Source of the DNA: an uncultured Desulfobacula sp.
Lineage (GTDB): Bacteria > Desulfobacterota > Desulfobacteria > Desulfobacterales > Desulfobacteraceae
Direction of reading: 5' to 3'
Assembly (NCBI GenBank): GCA_964408295.1
Contig: CAYOYY010000008.1
Location: 7,480 to 71,479 of the forward strand
DNA: 64,000 nucleotides
Shown here: one piece after another, positions 28,259 through 38,275 of the stretch
Layout of the letters: every line of letters begins with the position of its first letter
How positions within the stretch are numbered: the first letter of the stretch is position 1
Translations under genes and position numbers: made by a program
Notes under the pieces: generated by a model
The model's database searches: none
The model's input: the letters and a program-made list of their open reading frames with translations, nothing else
Told to the model about the DNA's origin: nothing

Positions 28259-29134
28259 TCATCGCAGGATCAGTACTGAAGACTGTGCACCGTTTATGAG
28301 CCGGTTTACTCTCTGTTTGGGAAACAATTTATGGAATAATGATTTTTTCCCCATCCACAATGCTATAAGATCCTTTCTGGCTGCCTGCGATATGAAATCG
28401 TCAAGTGACTGGGCATCAACAAGCTTTATCCATGCCTTGATGTGCTGATTCTGATAATATTTCAGGACCTGGTTCATTTTCTGGTCAACATCTTCTTTAA
28501 GAGCGCCTGAATCTGTAATTCCCACAAGTTCAAGTTCTGCCGAGTGAACGCTTATCATCTGGTTGATCATTTCAAGTGATTCCTGGCTCACATAATCATG
28601 GTCAAGGCAGCAAACTATTTTTTCAGGATGCTTTTCTTCTTTTACAATCAGTACAGAGCAGGCAGCATCACTGGCCACCTTCTGCGGGGCTGAATTGTCT
28701 CCGGGCCAGGTGCACTGGTCATCTTTCGGGCATCCCATTATGATCAGATCACTCTGGGACTGTGCTGATTCAGCAATGATTTCCCTTGCAGAACTTCCTT
28801 CTCTGAGCCTGACTGACAGATCTTTCATTGCACCGCCTAAAATATACACATCTTCATATATTCCGGGGCTGATCTGGATAAGTTTGCGTACAGGGCTGCT
28901 TTTTGTGTATGGTGACTCCATATCACGGCCTTCAAAGAAACCAAGAAAATCATTTTCCAATGATCTTAAAGCCGCTAAAAGCTTTTCATTATTGTCTGAT
29001 TTTCCTGATCCGTTATTTTTATCAATGATTCCCAGCAGTCTGACATCAGACCAGGTCTCTCCGGCAATCTTGGCAGCCTCCTTGACCGCACAGGCACTGA
29101 ACGGTTTATCATTGGCAGCTATCAATATTCTCAT
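28259..29134 (-). CDS. universal stress protein (tandem domain)
   Basis: MRILIAAND, REGSSAREIIAE..DLIIMG, ACSVLIVK and C-terminal SSVLILR. Confidence 0.85.
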   Translation of the reverse strand: MRILIAANDKPFSACAVKEAAKIAGETWSDVRLLGIIDKNNGSGKSDNNEKLLAALRSLENDFLGFFEGRDMESPYTKSSPVRKLIQISPGIYEDVYILGGAMKDLSVRLREGSSAREIIAESAQSQSDLIIMGCPKDDQCTWPGDNSAPQKVASDAACSVLIVKEEKHPEKIVCCLDHDYVSQESLEMINQMISVHSAELELVGITDSGALKEDVDQKMNQVLKYYQNQHIKAWIKLVDAQSLDDFISQAARKDLIALWMGKKSLFHKLFPKQRVNRLINGAQSSVLILR

Positions 29135-29164
29135 TGTAAGATCTCCGTTTATTATAAAAAAATG

Positions 29165-29977
29165 CTATTGCCACAGCAGCATGACAGGTGACTCAGTACG
29201 GGCCAGAAGTTCAAGCACAGGCTCTTTTTTTCCTGCTGTCCTGTCAATCCCGGCAGCCACAAGACCGAAATTTTTAAGAGTGGCAGCAAGTCCGGCTGGT
29301 CTGCATTTTATAAACCCTGTATTTTTCGGGGAGCAGCCTGATTTTTCCAGCAGTTTTTTTACAGGCCCGGTTTTCAGGTCTGCATCAGGGCTGTTTTCAA
29401 TAACAGGATCACCTTTTTTGTCAGGCTGCCATACAATCAGATCAAATCCAATGGAAGACTGCCTGAAAAAATCGGAAAAAACAGGGATTGTTTTATGCTG
29501 TGTGTCATTGTATTCCACAACCAGTACCATGGAATCAAGATCAACCAGGTTTTTTACCAGAACAGCAGCAGGAGCAGGCATGTTGCGGAAAAGCTTTGAT
29601 CTGATCATTTTATGGAAATCTGAGGCTCTGAAGGTTGAAAGAGCTCCTTCCATGAAAAGGTCATATCGCTCCCTGTGAAGTTCAAGTAAAATCTGATCTT
29701 CCTGTTCTCCAATCTGGATTTTTGGCCTTCCCAGCAATGGATAATCCACATTTTCAGATGAAAAGAGCTGCTCAATCTCGGTTTTGCCGCTTTCACCAAG
29801 TGCAGATTCCCATGTTCGCCTTACCCAGCCTGTACCCGGAAGATTGTAATCAGGGCCTGGATCCTGAACATGAATCGCCTGGAATGCGATATCAAAGGCC
29901 CTGGCCATCTTGCAGGCGTAGCGCAGCGCCACACTGGATGCAAGGTCTTTGTTTACGGAAACAAGGGTTCTTATCAT
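29165..29977 (-). CDS. universal stress protein (tandem domain, divergent)
   Basis: RTLVSVNKDLASSVALRYA, AIHVQ, YDLFMEG and C-terminal SPVMLL. Confidence 0.78.
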   Translation of the reverse strand: MIRTLVSVNKDLASSVALRYACKMARAFDIAFQAIHVQDPGPDYNLPGTGWVRRTWESALGESGKTEIEQLFSSENVDYPLLGRPKIQIGEQEDQILLELHRERYDLFMEGALSTFRASDFHKMIRSKLFRNMPAPAAVLVKNLVDLDSMVLVVEYNDTQHKTIPVFSDFFRQSSIGFDLIVWQPDKKGDPVIENSPDADLKTGPVKKLLEKSGCSPKNTGFIKCRPAGLAATLKNFGLVAAGIDRTAGKKEPVLELLARTESPVMLLWQ

Positions 29978-30378
29978 TCACTGACCTCCTGGTTGGTTTT
30001 CTGTATTTTTTTTTCAGCCTTTTCAATGACCTGAAAAATTTCACCCAGTTTGAACGGTTTTGCAAGGAAATCCAGAACTCCTTTTCTAAAGGATTCCTTG
30101 GCAGTTTCCATGGTTGCAAAACCTGTGATTACTATTACTTCTGTTTTAGGGGATCTTTGTTTCACTTCCGTGAGAAACTGCATCCCATCGATCCCTTCCA
30201 TCTTTAAATCTGTTATGACAATGTCAAATGTCTTTTCCCGTATTCTTGCAACTGCTTCAGAGCTTTTTGAAAAGGTTTCCACATAATAACCTTTTCTTTC
30301 CAGTGCTGATTTCAGACGCTTACAGACAATAGGTTCATCATCAAGAATCAGAATGGTAATTTGTTTTGTCTCCTCCAT
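29974..30378 (-). CDS. single-domain response regulator (receiver only)
   Basis: ILDDE, ITDLKM, VITGF and AKPF; no output domain. Confidence 0.92.
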   Translation of the reverse strand: MEETKQITILILDDEPIVCKRLKSALERKGYYVETFSKSSEAVARIREKTFDIVITDLKMEGIDGMQFLTEVKQRSPKTEVIVITGFATMETAKESFRKGVLDFLAKPFKLGEIFQVIEKAEKKIQKTNQEVSE

Positions 30379-30395
30379 TTTCCCCCCTCGTTGTT

Positions 30396-32972
30396 TTATC
30401 CGGAACTGTGTTTTGTCATTGCCCAGAAATCATCTATATACTTTGCCACATAGTCATCATTGATCATTTTTACGTCAAGCTGCCGCGTAAACGCGACAAG
30501 CTGGCCTATGACCACCATGCTTTCTTCCATTTTAGCCTTGGAAACCTTTTTTATTCTCGCAACTATAAGGTCTCTTTTGTTTTCCACCCTGAAATTATGC
30601 TCCGCCAGAACTTCAGAAATAAAGGATACACGTCTTGACCTGCGACCGACATCTGTTACTCCCCCGAAAAAACGAAAATAAGCATAATTGTCATTGTGAC
30701 TGTCGCTCATGTAGGCATCCACCATATTGAAATGGTATCCAAGGCGCAGGCTGATATTGGCATAATTTTCAGACATGATTACAAGATTGCGCCCTATATC
30801 CTTTGGATTTGCCAGATGCGAGGAAAAGGTTCTTGTAAGACTGGACATGAAACTTCCGAAATCCACGCTCATTGGTTCGCTGCACCACATGCCCTCTTTT
30901 GTCAGTCCTTTCAAAAAGGCCTTTAAAGGCTCTGAAACAATATTGTCCTGGGTAATGTTATTGTCTGATGCGTTATCATCAAGCCCTCCACCAACATCTA
31001 TAAGCATAAGATCCAGAGGGATGTGAATATCAAGTTTTACAGCTTTTGAATTATCATGTTTTAAATCATAATAGTTCAGGTTGATGAGTTCTTCAACTGC
31101 TTTTTCATGTACAAAACGTGTAATATCATGAAAGGTCCTGCAATATTTTGGTGAGAATCTTTTATCTTCAGGATCAACAAAATTAAGCGGGGATATTTTT
31201 TTAAGAACCCGTTTTAAAAGCCTGTATTCTGCGGTCTGTTCAAAATGTTCATCAGTAAATTCATAATAGCACAATGCATCTGCATTACCGTCATATACCA
31301 CATTTGCATCTGCATCCAGTGTTATCTGCTGCCCGTCTGAAAGCATGGATGTCGCAACCTGTGTATCAACAATGGTTGGAACCCGAAATTCCCTTGCTAT
31401 GGTTGCCATATGTCCTGTGGGGGAACCTATGTCCGTGATGATGCCTGCTGCATTCCTGGCTATTTTGGCAAATATGGGTGATGTCTGCTCTGCAACAAGT
31501 ATGTCTCCCTGCGAGAATTCATCAAGGCTTTTATGCATTTTATGCATGAACACTTTTCCCGTGGCAACTCCGCTCTGCGCAACAAGCCCTTTGCCCGAAA
31601 AAATAACAGGATAGGTCTTTGCAATTTCCCTGATATCGCAGATCATTTTTGCCATTTTTTCTTTTATGTTCAGCGGCCTTGCCTGAAGGAACCATATGAC
31701 TCCGTCATGATCAATGCTGAATTCAATGTCCTGGGGCTGCTTGAAATAGCGTTCGATTATAAGCCCGGCCTGGGCCAGCCTTACAGCTTCTTCACCTTTT
31801 ATGCAGGCTTTGGTCTGAAGACTGGGGTCTATCTTTTTTAGTGCAACTCCGCCTTCAGGAAGGGTTTCAAGGGACTGTGTCTTTCGTACAATATTCATAC
31901 CGACTATTTTGTGGGCAGAATCCCTTTGCACCTCAAATGAATCCGAACGCATCTCACCTGCAACCACAGGAGCTCCAAGCCCCCAGTTCGCATTGATTAT
32001 TAAAGTTTTTGATTCAGGATTCATGGGATCCATTGTGTAAAGCACCCCTGAAACTTTCGGGTTGATCATGATCATGCATATGACAGCCATTGCAGTTTCA
32101 TGTTCATCAAATCCTGTGCTTTTTCTGTATTCCATGGCTGTCTCTGTGTAGACACTTGCAATGACCGATTTATAAGATTTAAAAATATTGTCACGCGGTT
32201 CGTTCAGAAGGCTTAAATACTGGCCTGCAAAACTGAACTGCCCGTCTTCGCCAAGGGCGCTGCTTCTGACTGCAACAAAAAATTTTTTATTACCTGCTGA
32301 AGCTGAAAGCTGCTGCATGGCCCTGTTGATCTGCTTTTTCATTTTGGGCGGGATTTTGCCCTGTTTTATGAGCCTGGATATTTTTGATGCAGCAACGGCA
32401 GAAGACAATTGTCCCTTCTGCCATTGATCAATATTTTTTTTTATCTCAAGGTCAATTCCATTGTATTCCAGAAAAAACCTGAAAGCATTTGTTGTGATTG
32501 CAAACCCGTCAGGAACTTTAAGCTCCAGAATATTTTTAAGTTCGGCAATATTGGCATTTTTTGATCCTACCACAGCCTCTATATCCGTGTTAACGCTTGT
32601 GTGTGGCAGGACATAAAGATCTGTTTCCTCAATGCCGGTTTTTCCTTCCAGTATATCCTCGATGCTGCTGTTGATGCGGCGGAATGCATCATTCAATGCC
32701 CTGTAGCGGTTGCCTGCAATATAGTTCAGATCCTGGATGAGCATGTAAACAAGATTTCCCATCTCCCGGCATGTGGAATGGATGTACTGGCTGTCAAATA
32801 TATAATCCCCTGAGAGCTTGTCCCCCATTCCGGTCATGAGATCCAGAATTCGGTTGTTGGACTCAAGGATTTTCCTGAACCTTGAAAACAGGTCGGAAAA
32901 AGATCTGGGACGTTTGGCAGGCCTGCCCAGACGAAAAATTGTCCTTGTCCAGTCCGGAAGATGGGTAATCAT
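30396..32972 (-). CDS. PEP-synthase/PPDK-like protein (ATP-grasp + phospho-His swivel + uncharacterised C-terminal domain)
   Basis: VGSKNANIAEL, VAVRSSALGED..SFAGQY, QDIEF..LQARPL and the swivel motif GSPTGHMATIAREF. The C-terminus does not resemble the PEP-binding barrel. Confidence 0.85.
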   Translation of the reverse strand: MITHLPDWTRTIFRLGRPAKRPRSFSDLFSRFRKILESNNRILDLMTGMGDKLSGDYIFDSQYIHSTCREMGNLVYMLIQDLNYIAGNRYRALNDAFRRINSSIEDILEGKTGIEETDLYVLPHTSVNTDIEAVVGSKNANIAELKNILELKVPDGFAITTNAFRFFLEYNGIDLEIKKNIDQWQKGQLSSAVAASKISRLIKQGKIPPKMKKQINRAMQQLSASAGNKKFFVAVRSSALGEDGQFSFAGQYLSLLNEPRDNIFKSYKSVIASVYTETAMEYRKSTGFDEHETAMAVICMIMINPKVSGVLYTMDPMNPESKTLIINANWGLGAPVVAGEMRSDSFEVQRDSAHKIVGMNIVRKTQSLETLPEGGVALKKIDPSLQTKACIKGEEAVRLAQAGLIIERYFKQPQDIEFSIDHDGVIWFLQARPLNIKEKMAKMICDIREIAKTYPVIFSGKGLVAQSGVATGKVFMHKMHKSLDEFSQGDILVAEQTSPIFAKIARNAAGIITDIGSPTGHMATIAREFRVPTIVDTQVATSMLSDGQQITLDADANVVYDGNADALCYYEFTDEHFEQTAEYRLLKRVLKKISPLNFVDPEDKRFSPKYCRTFHDITRFVHEKAVEELINLNYYDLKHDNSKAVKLDIHIPLDLMLIDVGGGLDDNASDNNITQDNIVSEPLKAFLKGLTKEGMWCSEPMSVDFGSFMSSLTRTFSSHLANPKDIGRNLVIMSENYANISLRLGYHFNMVDAYMSDSHNDNYAYFRFFGGVTDVGRRSRRVSFISEVLAEHNFRVENKRDLIVARIKKVSKAKMEESMVVIGQLVAFTRQLDVKMINDDYVAKYIDDFWAMTKHSSG

Positions 32973-32989
32973 AACTTGTTTACAAAAGG

Positions 32990-33778
32990 TCAGTGCGCAC
33001 CTTTTCCTCCCTTGAATAAAACTCCTGTGATAAGGCCTGCAAAAATTGCGACTATAACAGCCATGATACCATACAGAAGCGAATGATTAAAGGCAAGATT
33101 GGACAGCATTGCAGGAAGTCCGACCTGGCTCACTTTGATGCTGGTTTCTGCACTGCCTGCAACTGCACCGTCTCTGACTGCAAAAGCCTGAACCCTGTAT
33201 TCGCCTGCAACAATGCCTGAAGGCATGGCAAGGGTTGCGGAAAATTTGCGGACATCTTTGGCAGTGCTGTATTTAACAGAATCATAATAAGTCAGGTATT
33301 TACCTTCTTTTTTCTTGAGTTTGATAAATTCTTTGAAAACAGCTGGTTTATCTTTCTGTTCAGGTGTTATTTCCACCTGCTTTTCAAGCGCCTTGAATCC
33401 AAGTGCCAGGTTTTCCCAGTTTTTCTTTGCTTCTTCAGTGGAAGGGGACAAAGACTTTGGAACTGCAACCATGAAAATTGACGGACAGTCATGAAGTTCA
33501 ATGGTGTCCATGTTCATCCATAAAAGTCCCAGAGCCTTTCCTTTTTTCTTGAGCTTGATATGTTCGCCCTTTGCCATGAGTCTTATGACTGCATCTGTTC
33601 CGTCCGGGACTTCTCCTGTCACGGTGATATCGATTCCATTGTATGTTGCGCCGATGTGAATCGCATTGGGTTCAACATGCAGTTTTACAGGCACACCTGC
33701 AGCAGATGCGGCGCTGACAAGGCATGCACCAATAAAAAACAAAATAGTTAAAATTCCTGTGATATATGTCTTTTTCAT
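32990..33778 (-). CDS. TIGR02186-family membrane protein (usual partner of TSUP transporters)
   Basis: Signal peptide, KKKGKALGLLWMN, and C-terminal TM LLYGIMAVIVAIFAG ending GAH. Confidence 0.78.
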   Translation of the reverse strand: MKKTYITGILTILFFIGACLVSAASAAGVPVKLHVEPNAIHIGATYNGIDITVTGEVPDGTDAVIRLMAKGEHIKLKKKGKALGLLWMNMDTIELHDCPSIFMVAVPKSLSPSTEEAKKNWENLALGFKALEKQVEITPEQKDKPAVFKEFIKLKKKEGKYLTYYDSVKYSTAKDVRKFSATLAMPSGIVAGEYRVQAFAVRDGAVAGSAETSIKVSQVGLPAMLSNLAFNHSLLYGIMAVIVAIFAGLITGVLFKGGKGAH

Positions 33779-33779
33779 A

Positions 33780-34709
33780 TTAATGCCCTCCTGCATATGC
33801 CAGAAGAATTTCAGGGGTTAAGAGCAGGTCAAACAGCATTTTGACCATTACAATGAGAACAAGGCTTGCCAGCAGTATCTTAAGCTGCTCACCCTTTAAT
33901 TTCTTGCTGATTTTTACCCCGAGCTGTGCACCAAGGGTTGAGCCCAGCAGGAGAATCAGAGCCAGGATAAAATCAACGGTATGGTTGGTGTTTGCCTGCA
34001 TTATGGTTACATTAATGCATGTGAAAAGGATCTGGAAAAGGCTTGTGCCCACAACAACATGCATTGGCATACGAAGCAGGTAAACCATTACGGGAACCAT
34101 GAGGAATCCGCCGCCCACTCCCATGATGGCGGCAAGGATACCAACAAAGGTTCCAAGTATCAGAGGCATGAGAATGGACAGTTCAACCCCTGATTTTTCA
34201 AATCTTGTCTGCCACGGCAGTTTCTTTATTATAAGGGCATACATGGATTCCTTTCCGGGTTTGGGTGAAGCTTCAACAGTCTCTGGAGTTTTTTTCATGG
34301 ACTGAAGGCTTTCAATGAACATATACCCGCCCACAAATCCAAGCATCAATACATAGGTGATCTGGATAAGGAAATCAGCATTTCCCATCTGACGAAGAAT
34401 TTTGATGAACTGAACTCCAACTGTTCCTCCTGCAACACCTCCCACAAGGAGCAGGATTCCCATTTTGAAATCCACATTGCCAAGTCTGTAATGTGCAAGG
34501 GTTCCTGATGTTGAAGCTCCGACTATCTGGTTTGAGTCTGAAGCTGCTGCAACTGTAGGGGGAATACCCGCCATGATAAGCAAAGGTGTCATGAGAAATC
34601 CTCCGCCCACTCCAAAGATACCTGAAAGCAATCCAACAAAACCGCCCATGGCAAAAATCAGCAGTATATTAACGCTGTTGCCGGCAATCGGTAGATACAA
34701 ATGCCACAT
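33780..34709 (-). CDS. TSUP (TauE/SafE) family transporter
   Basis: Duplicated G.FGVGGGFLM.P motif, HYRLGNVD and VVVGTSLFQI. Confidence 0.9.
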   Translation of the reverse strand: MWHLYLPIAGNSVNILLIFAMGGFVGLLSGIFGVGGGFLMTPLLIMAGIPPTVAAASDSNQIVGASTSGTLAHYRLGNVDFKMGILLLVGGVAGGTVGVQFIKILRQMGNADFLIQITYVLMLGFVGGYMFIESLQSMKKTPETVEASPKPGKESMYALIIKKLPWQTRFEKSGVELSILMPLILGTFVGILAAIMGVGGGFLMVPVMVYLLRMPMHVVVGTSLFQILFTCINVTIMQANTNHTVDFILALILLLGSTLGAQLGVKISKKLKGEQLKILLASLVLIVMVKMLFDLLLTPEILLAYAGGH

Positions 34710-34834
34710 TGTCTGTTTTTCTCCTTTTGTTAAAATTCATCTTTGTTATTCTTTGTTTCATGGATCTTATGTACCAAGTCCATGGATGTTCCAAAAAATA
34801 TGCATGATGATCATAATCATCACAGTGATAAATT

Positions 34835-34851
34835 TAGCAAAAAGGGTGCCA
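34835..34851 (-). promoter_or_regulatory. sigma54 (-24/-12) promoter of the TSUP-dikinase-USP operon
   Basis: Minus strand reads TGGCAC-CCTTT-TTGCTA, a consensus match about 125 nt upstream of the TSUP ATG. Confidence 0.85.
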
Positions 34852-35004
34852 TGACATAAAACATGGTGCAGGTAAGGAATATTTTTTTAGATAACCTGTG
34901 TTTTCAGTGTGTTGCGCAATGAAGCCAAAGGCTGCATTAAGAGTTTTGTAAAGGAAGGTATCCGGGGCTGTTTCAAAATGGAAAGCCCCGGAATAATTCA
35001 GTGA

Positions 35005-36420
35005 TCAGACCTTTTTGTTTTCTGCATTGATGGCGGGAATATGGACAAAAAAGCTTGTGCCTTCATTTACCTGACTTTTGACTTCCACATAGCCCCCATG
35101 TTTTTTTATGATTCCATACACTATGCTCAGCCCGAGGCCGGTTCCTTTTCCAACTGATTTTGTTGTATAAAAGGGATCAAATATTCTTTCAAGGTGTTCA
35201 GGAGAAATTCCCTGTCCTGTATCCCTGAATTCGATCATTATATGGTCGTCTTTTTCTTCACAGGCCCTTATGAACACATCCCCTCCATCCGGCATTGCGG
35301 AAATTGAATTGAGAAACAGGTTTATGAAAACCTGTTCAAGATTGTAAAGATTGCCCCTGATCGGCGGCAGGTCCTGTGGTATATCTGTTTCAAGCCTGAT
35401 ACCTTTTACCATGAGCTGGTTTTTGATGAGTTTTAATGTGCCGTCCATGACCTGTGAAATTGTAAGTTCAGTGAACACCGGGTGGTCATTTCTGGAGAAA
35501 TCAAGCAGATTCTTAACCACTTCACTGGCACGCGTTGTCTGGTTTATTATATCCAGAATCATTTCTTTTGCTTCCAGATCACTAAGATCGTCAAACTCTT
35601 CTAAAAGACCGTCAGCCGTAAGAGATATATTGTTAAGAGGGTTGTTGATTTCATGGGCAATTCCGGATGTAAAGGTGCCAACTGATGCAAGTTTTCTGGA
35701 CTGTACAAGCTGCTCCTGCTTTGAATCCAGCTCTTCCACCATTCTGTTGAAGTGTGTGATAAGCCTTGAAATCTCATCTCCTTTTTTGGCATAATCCATG
35801 ATAGGCTTAAAATTCCCCTTTGAAATATCCTCAGTGGCGTCTGTGATTAGTTTCAGGCGTTTTATCACGCTTCTTGCCTCCATCTGGAACAATATTGCAA
35901 TCAGTATGATGAATCCTCCCACTGCCGTGACACTGAAAAACATCATGCCTTCAAGAGCCTCATTGATGCGCTTGTGTTTTTTTATGAGAAGGGCATCGCC
36001 GAAATCCAGCATGGCAGCTCCCAGTTTTCTTATCTGATAGATATTTGCGTTATCCAGTTCTGCATGGCTTGAATCAATCAGGGCCTTGTATTCCCTGAAA
36101 TTGTTCTTGAATTTGTCAAAGGCTTCCTTGCCTGCAACTTTTGCTATTGAATCAGACAATTGTGTTATGGTGTCCTCTGTTTTATGAAGGTACAGGGAGA
36201 GTTCTGAGATGTTTTTTTTCTTGTACCCGTAAATAATGATATTTTTTTCATAGCGCCTGATTTCAAGCAAATCATCAAGCAGGCTGTGGAATTGTTCCAT
36301 TGTTGCCATCTTGTTTTTCAGCACCAGAATATTCCATCCGAATGTAACGCTTAAAAATCCTACAAAAAGCAGGCCGCCAACAAATCCTGCAATGATTTTG
36401 CTTCTTATTGTACGTGGCAT
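35005..36420 (-). CDS. membrane sensor histidine kinase (HAMP, NtrB-like)
   Basis: Two TM helices, HAMP, H-box GIAHEINNPL, NLFLNS, DTGQGI, FDPFYTTK and GTGLGL. Confidence 0.95.
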   Translation of the reverse strand: MPRTIRSKIIAGFVGGLLFVGFLSVTFGWNILVLKNKMATMEQFHSLLDDLLEIRRYEKNIIIYGYKKKNISELSLYLHKTEDTITQLSDSIAKVAGKEAFDKFKNNFREYKALIDSSHAELDNANIYQIRKLGAAMLDFGDALLIKKHKRINEALEGMMFFSVTAVGGFIILIAILFQMEARSVIKRLKLITDATEDISKGNFKPIMDYAKKGDEISRLITHFNRMVEELDSKQEQLVQSRKLASVGTFTSGIAHEINNPLNNISLTADGLLEEFDDLSDLEAKEMILDIINQTTRASEVVKNLLDFSRNDHPVFTELTISQVMDGTLKLIKNQLMVKGIRLETDIPQDLPPIRGNLYNLEQVFINLFLNSISAMPDGGDVFIRACEEKDDHIMIEFRDTGQGISPEHLERIFDPFYTTKSVGKGTGLGLSIVYGIIKKHGGYVEVKSQVNEGTSFFVHIPAINAENKKV

Positions 36421-36440
36421 GAATAATTTTCTCCTGATGA

Positions 36441-36725
36441 TTAATATATGACCTTGAAATCCGTAAAATCAGTATTATCCTGTATTTTCTGTGTTACAAG
36501 TTTATCGACCCTGGCACTGGCAGGCCCTTTTCTGCACCATTCAAGCATCTGATCCATTACATGATCCGGGGCCTTAAACAATGCCTGCACAGATCCATCG
36601 GCCATGTTCTTTACCCACCCTGTCACTCCAAGGCGGTCTGCTGTCTCCTTTGTGGAAGCACGGAAAAAAACTCCCTGAACCTTTCCATATATATCTGCCT
36701 TTATTTGAACAATATTATTTTTCAT
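36441..36725 (-). CDS. acyP: acylphosphatase
   Basis: GKVQGVFFR, GWVKNMADGSV and GPASARV. Confidence 0.93.
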   Translation of the reverse strand: MKNNIVQIKADIYGKVQGVFFRASTKETADRLGVTGWVKNMADGSVQALFKAPDHVMDQMLEWCRKGPASARVDKLVTQKIQDNTDFTDFKVIY

Positions 36726-36741
36726 CAGATTTTCTCCTTTT

Positions 36742-37908
36742 TCAGATGTTTAGATTGTCAAGACTTGCCTTTTTTATGATATTGGTGCCGAATTTTTCAG
36801 CAATGCAGTCAACAGCTCTGTCCACAGATTCCCAGCGGTCATTCATATGGCTGTCATCATGAAACAGCTGCATCTGAACAGGACAGTTCCTGTTTTTTAA
36901 TGCAGAAACACCAACCCCGGCAAGACGGATTTTCTTTTTCAGATTAATTTTCCTGTACAGATCAAGGGCTTCATGAAAAATGGCTGAAGAGGAACATACA
37001 GGACAGGCAAGTGTCCTTGTCCTTGTAATCTGTGTGAAATCGGAAAATTTCAGTTTTATGAATACACTGGAGCATACAAGATTGTTTTTTCTCAGGATTG
37101 TTCCAACGCATTCAGCCCTGTCCAGAAGAATTTTTTTTATTGTTTCTGTATCAATGACATCCCTTGACAGGGTTTTTTCACTTGAAATCGATTTTCTTTC
37201 ATGGCTGGTTTCAACTTTTGAGGTGTCAATCCCGTGTGAAAGCTGCACAAGTGTGTGTCCAAGGCTTTTGCCCAGACTGCCTGCCAGTATATCAGGGTCA
37301 TGACGCCTTACATCACCTAAGGTATGGATCTGCATGAGCTGCATTTTTTGTGCTGCTTTTTTTCCTATTCCGGGAACCTTGTGGACGGGCAGGGATTCAA
37401 TGAATTTGTCCATTTGTTTACGTTTGATAATTGTCATGCCGTCCGGTTTTTCCATGTCAGATGCAATCTTGGCCAGAAATTTTACAGGAGCTGCTCCTAT
37501 GGAGCATGTAAGGGACAGATTTTTTAAAATTGTTTTTTTTATGGATGCTGCAATTTCTTCTGCATTACCGAAAAGCTTTTCACACCCGCTTATGTCCATA
37601 AAAGCCTCATCAATGGAAACCTGTTCCACCAGAGGGGAAAAAAGGCGCAGTATTGTCATGATTTTTTCTGATTCTGCCCTGTATTTGTTCTTGTCAGGTC
37701 TTACAATAACCAGATTCCTGCATTTGCGTTTTGCCATGAATACAGGCATGGCAGAGCCTATGCCGAATTTTCTTGCCTCATAGCTTGCCGTTGCAACCAC
37801 GCTTCTTGGAGAATCTGATGCAATGATGACAGGTCTGCCTTTAAGCTGCGGGCGGTCCCTTTGTTCAATGCCTGCAAAAAAGGCATCCATGTCAATGTGC
37901 AAGATCAT
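36742..37908 (-). CDS. dinB: DNA polymerase IV (Y family)
   Basis: MILHIDMDAFFA, ASYEARKFG, SIDEAF, LAKIASDMEKPDG and a C-terminal QMQLF clamp-binding-like motif. Start trimmed to ATG 37908. Confidence 0.93.
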   Translation of the reverse strand: MILHIDMDAFFAGIEQRDRPQLKGRPVIIASDSPRSVVATASYEARKFGIGSAMPVFMAKRKCRNLVIVRPDKNKYRAESEKIMTILRLFSPLVEQVSIDEAFMDISGCEKLFGNAEEIAASIKKTILKNLSLTCSIGAAPVKFLAKIASDMEKPDGMTIIKRKQMDKFIESLPVHKVPGIGKKAAQKMQLMQIHTLGDVRRHDPDILAGSLGKSLGHTLVQLSHGIDTSKVETSHERKSISSEKTLSRDVIDTETIKKILLDRAECVGTILRKNNLVCSSVFIKLKFSDFTQITRTRTLACPVCSSSAIFHEALDLYRKINLKKKIRLAGVGVSALKNRNCPVQMQLFHDDSHMNDRWESVDRAVDCIAEKFGTNIIKKASLDNLNI

Positions 37909-38275
37909 TTTTCTGCATTTCAAGTACATATTTGTGGATAAGTTCGTATTGTTCCAGGGTGCAGTTCTCAAATATGGCATGGCATATGCCGTCCGGGTCA
38001 ATTTCAAGTATTTTAAGGTCAGAGGCAAACTCGGTATTTCCCCTGAAATTCGGTATATCAAGGGAAAAGCAGACAGAGCCTGAATCCAGAGGCTCAAAGC
38101 CATTATTGGCAAATGCAAGCCCGCCTGCGCTTATGTTGATAACCTGGACAGGCCTGCCCCTGAATCTGATTGTAAATCCCTGGTTGTTTTTGAAATCATA
38201 TCTGAATGCATTTCTCTTGCAATCTGAGTTGCAGATGATTGTATCAGCCTGCCGGCTCTTTTTTTTCCAGAACAA
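37892..38275 (-). CDS. PilZ domain protein
   Basis: RNAFR (RxxxR) and NISAGG (D/NxSxxG). Probable TTG start at 38275 with AGGAGG upstream. Confidence 0.8.
   Translation of the reverse strand: MFWKKKSRQADTIICNSDCKRNAFRYDFKNNQGFTIRFRGRPVQVINISAGGLAFANNGFEPLDSGSVCFSLDIPNFRGNTEFASDLKILEIDPDGICHAIFENCTLEQYELIHKYVLEMQKNDLAH

Noticed and set aside
30396..32972. Ordinary PEP synthase (ppsA)
   Set aside because: No recognisable C-terminal PEP-binding barrel motifs, so no gene symbol was assigned.
37909..38118. Long N-terminal extension of DinB given by the ORF track
   Set aside because: It overlaps the PilZ gene; the conserved DinB start (MILHIDMDAF) is at 37908.
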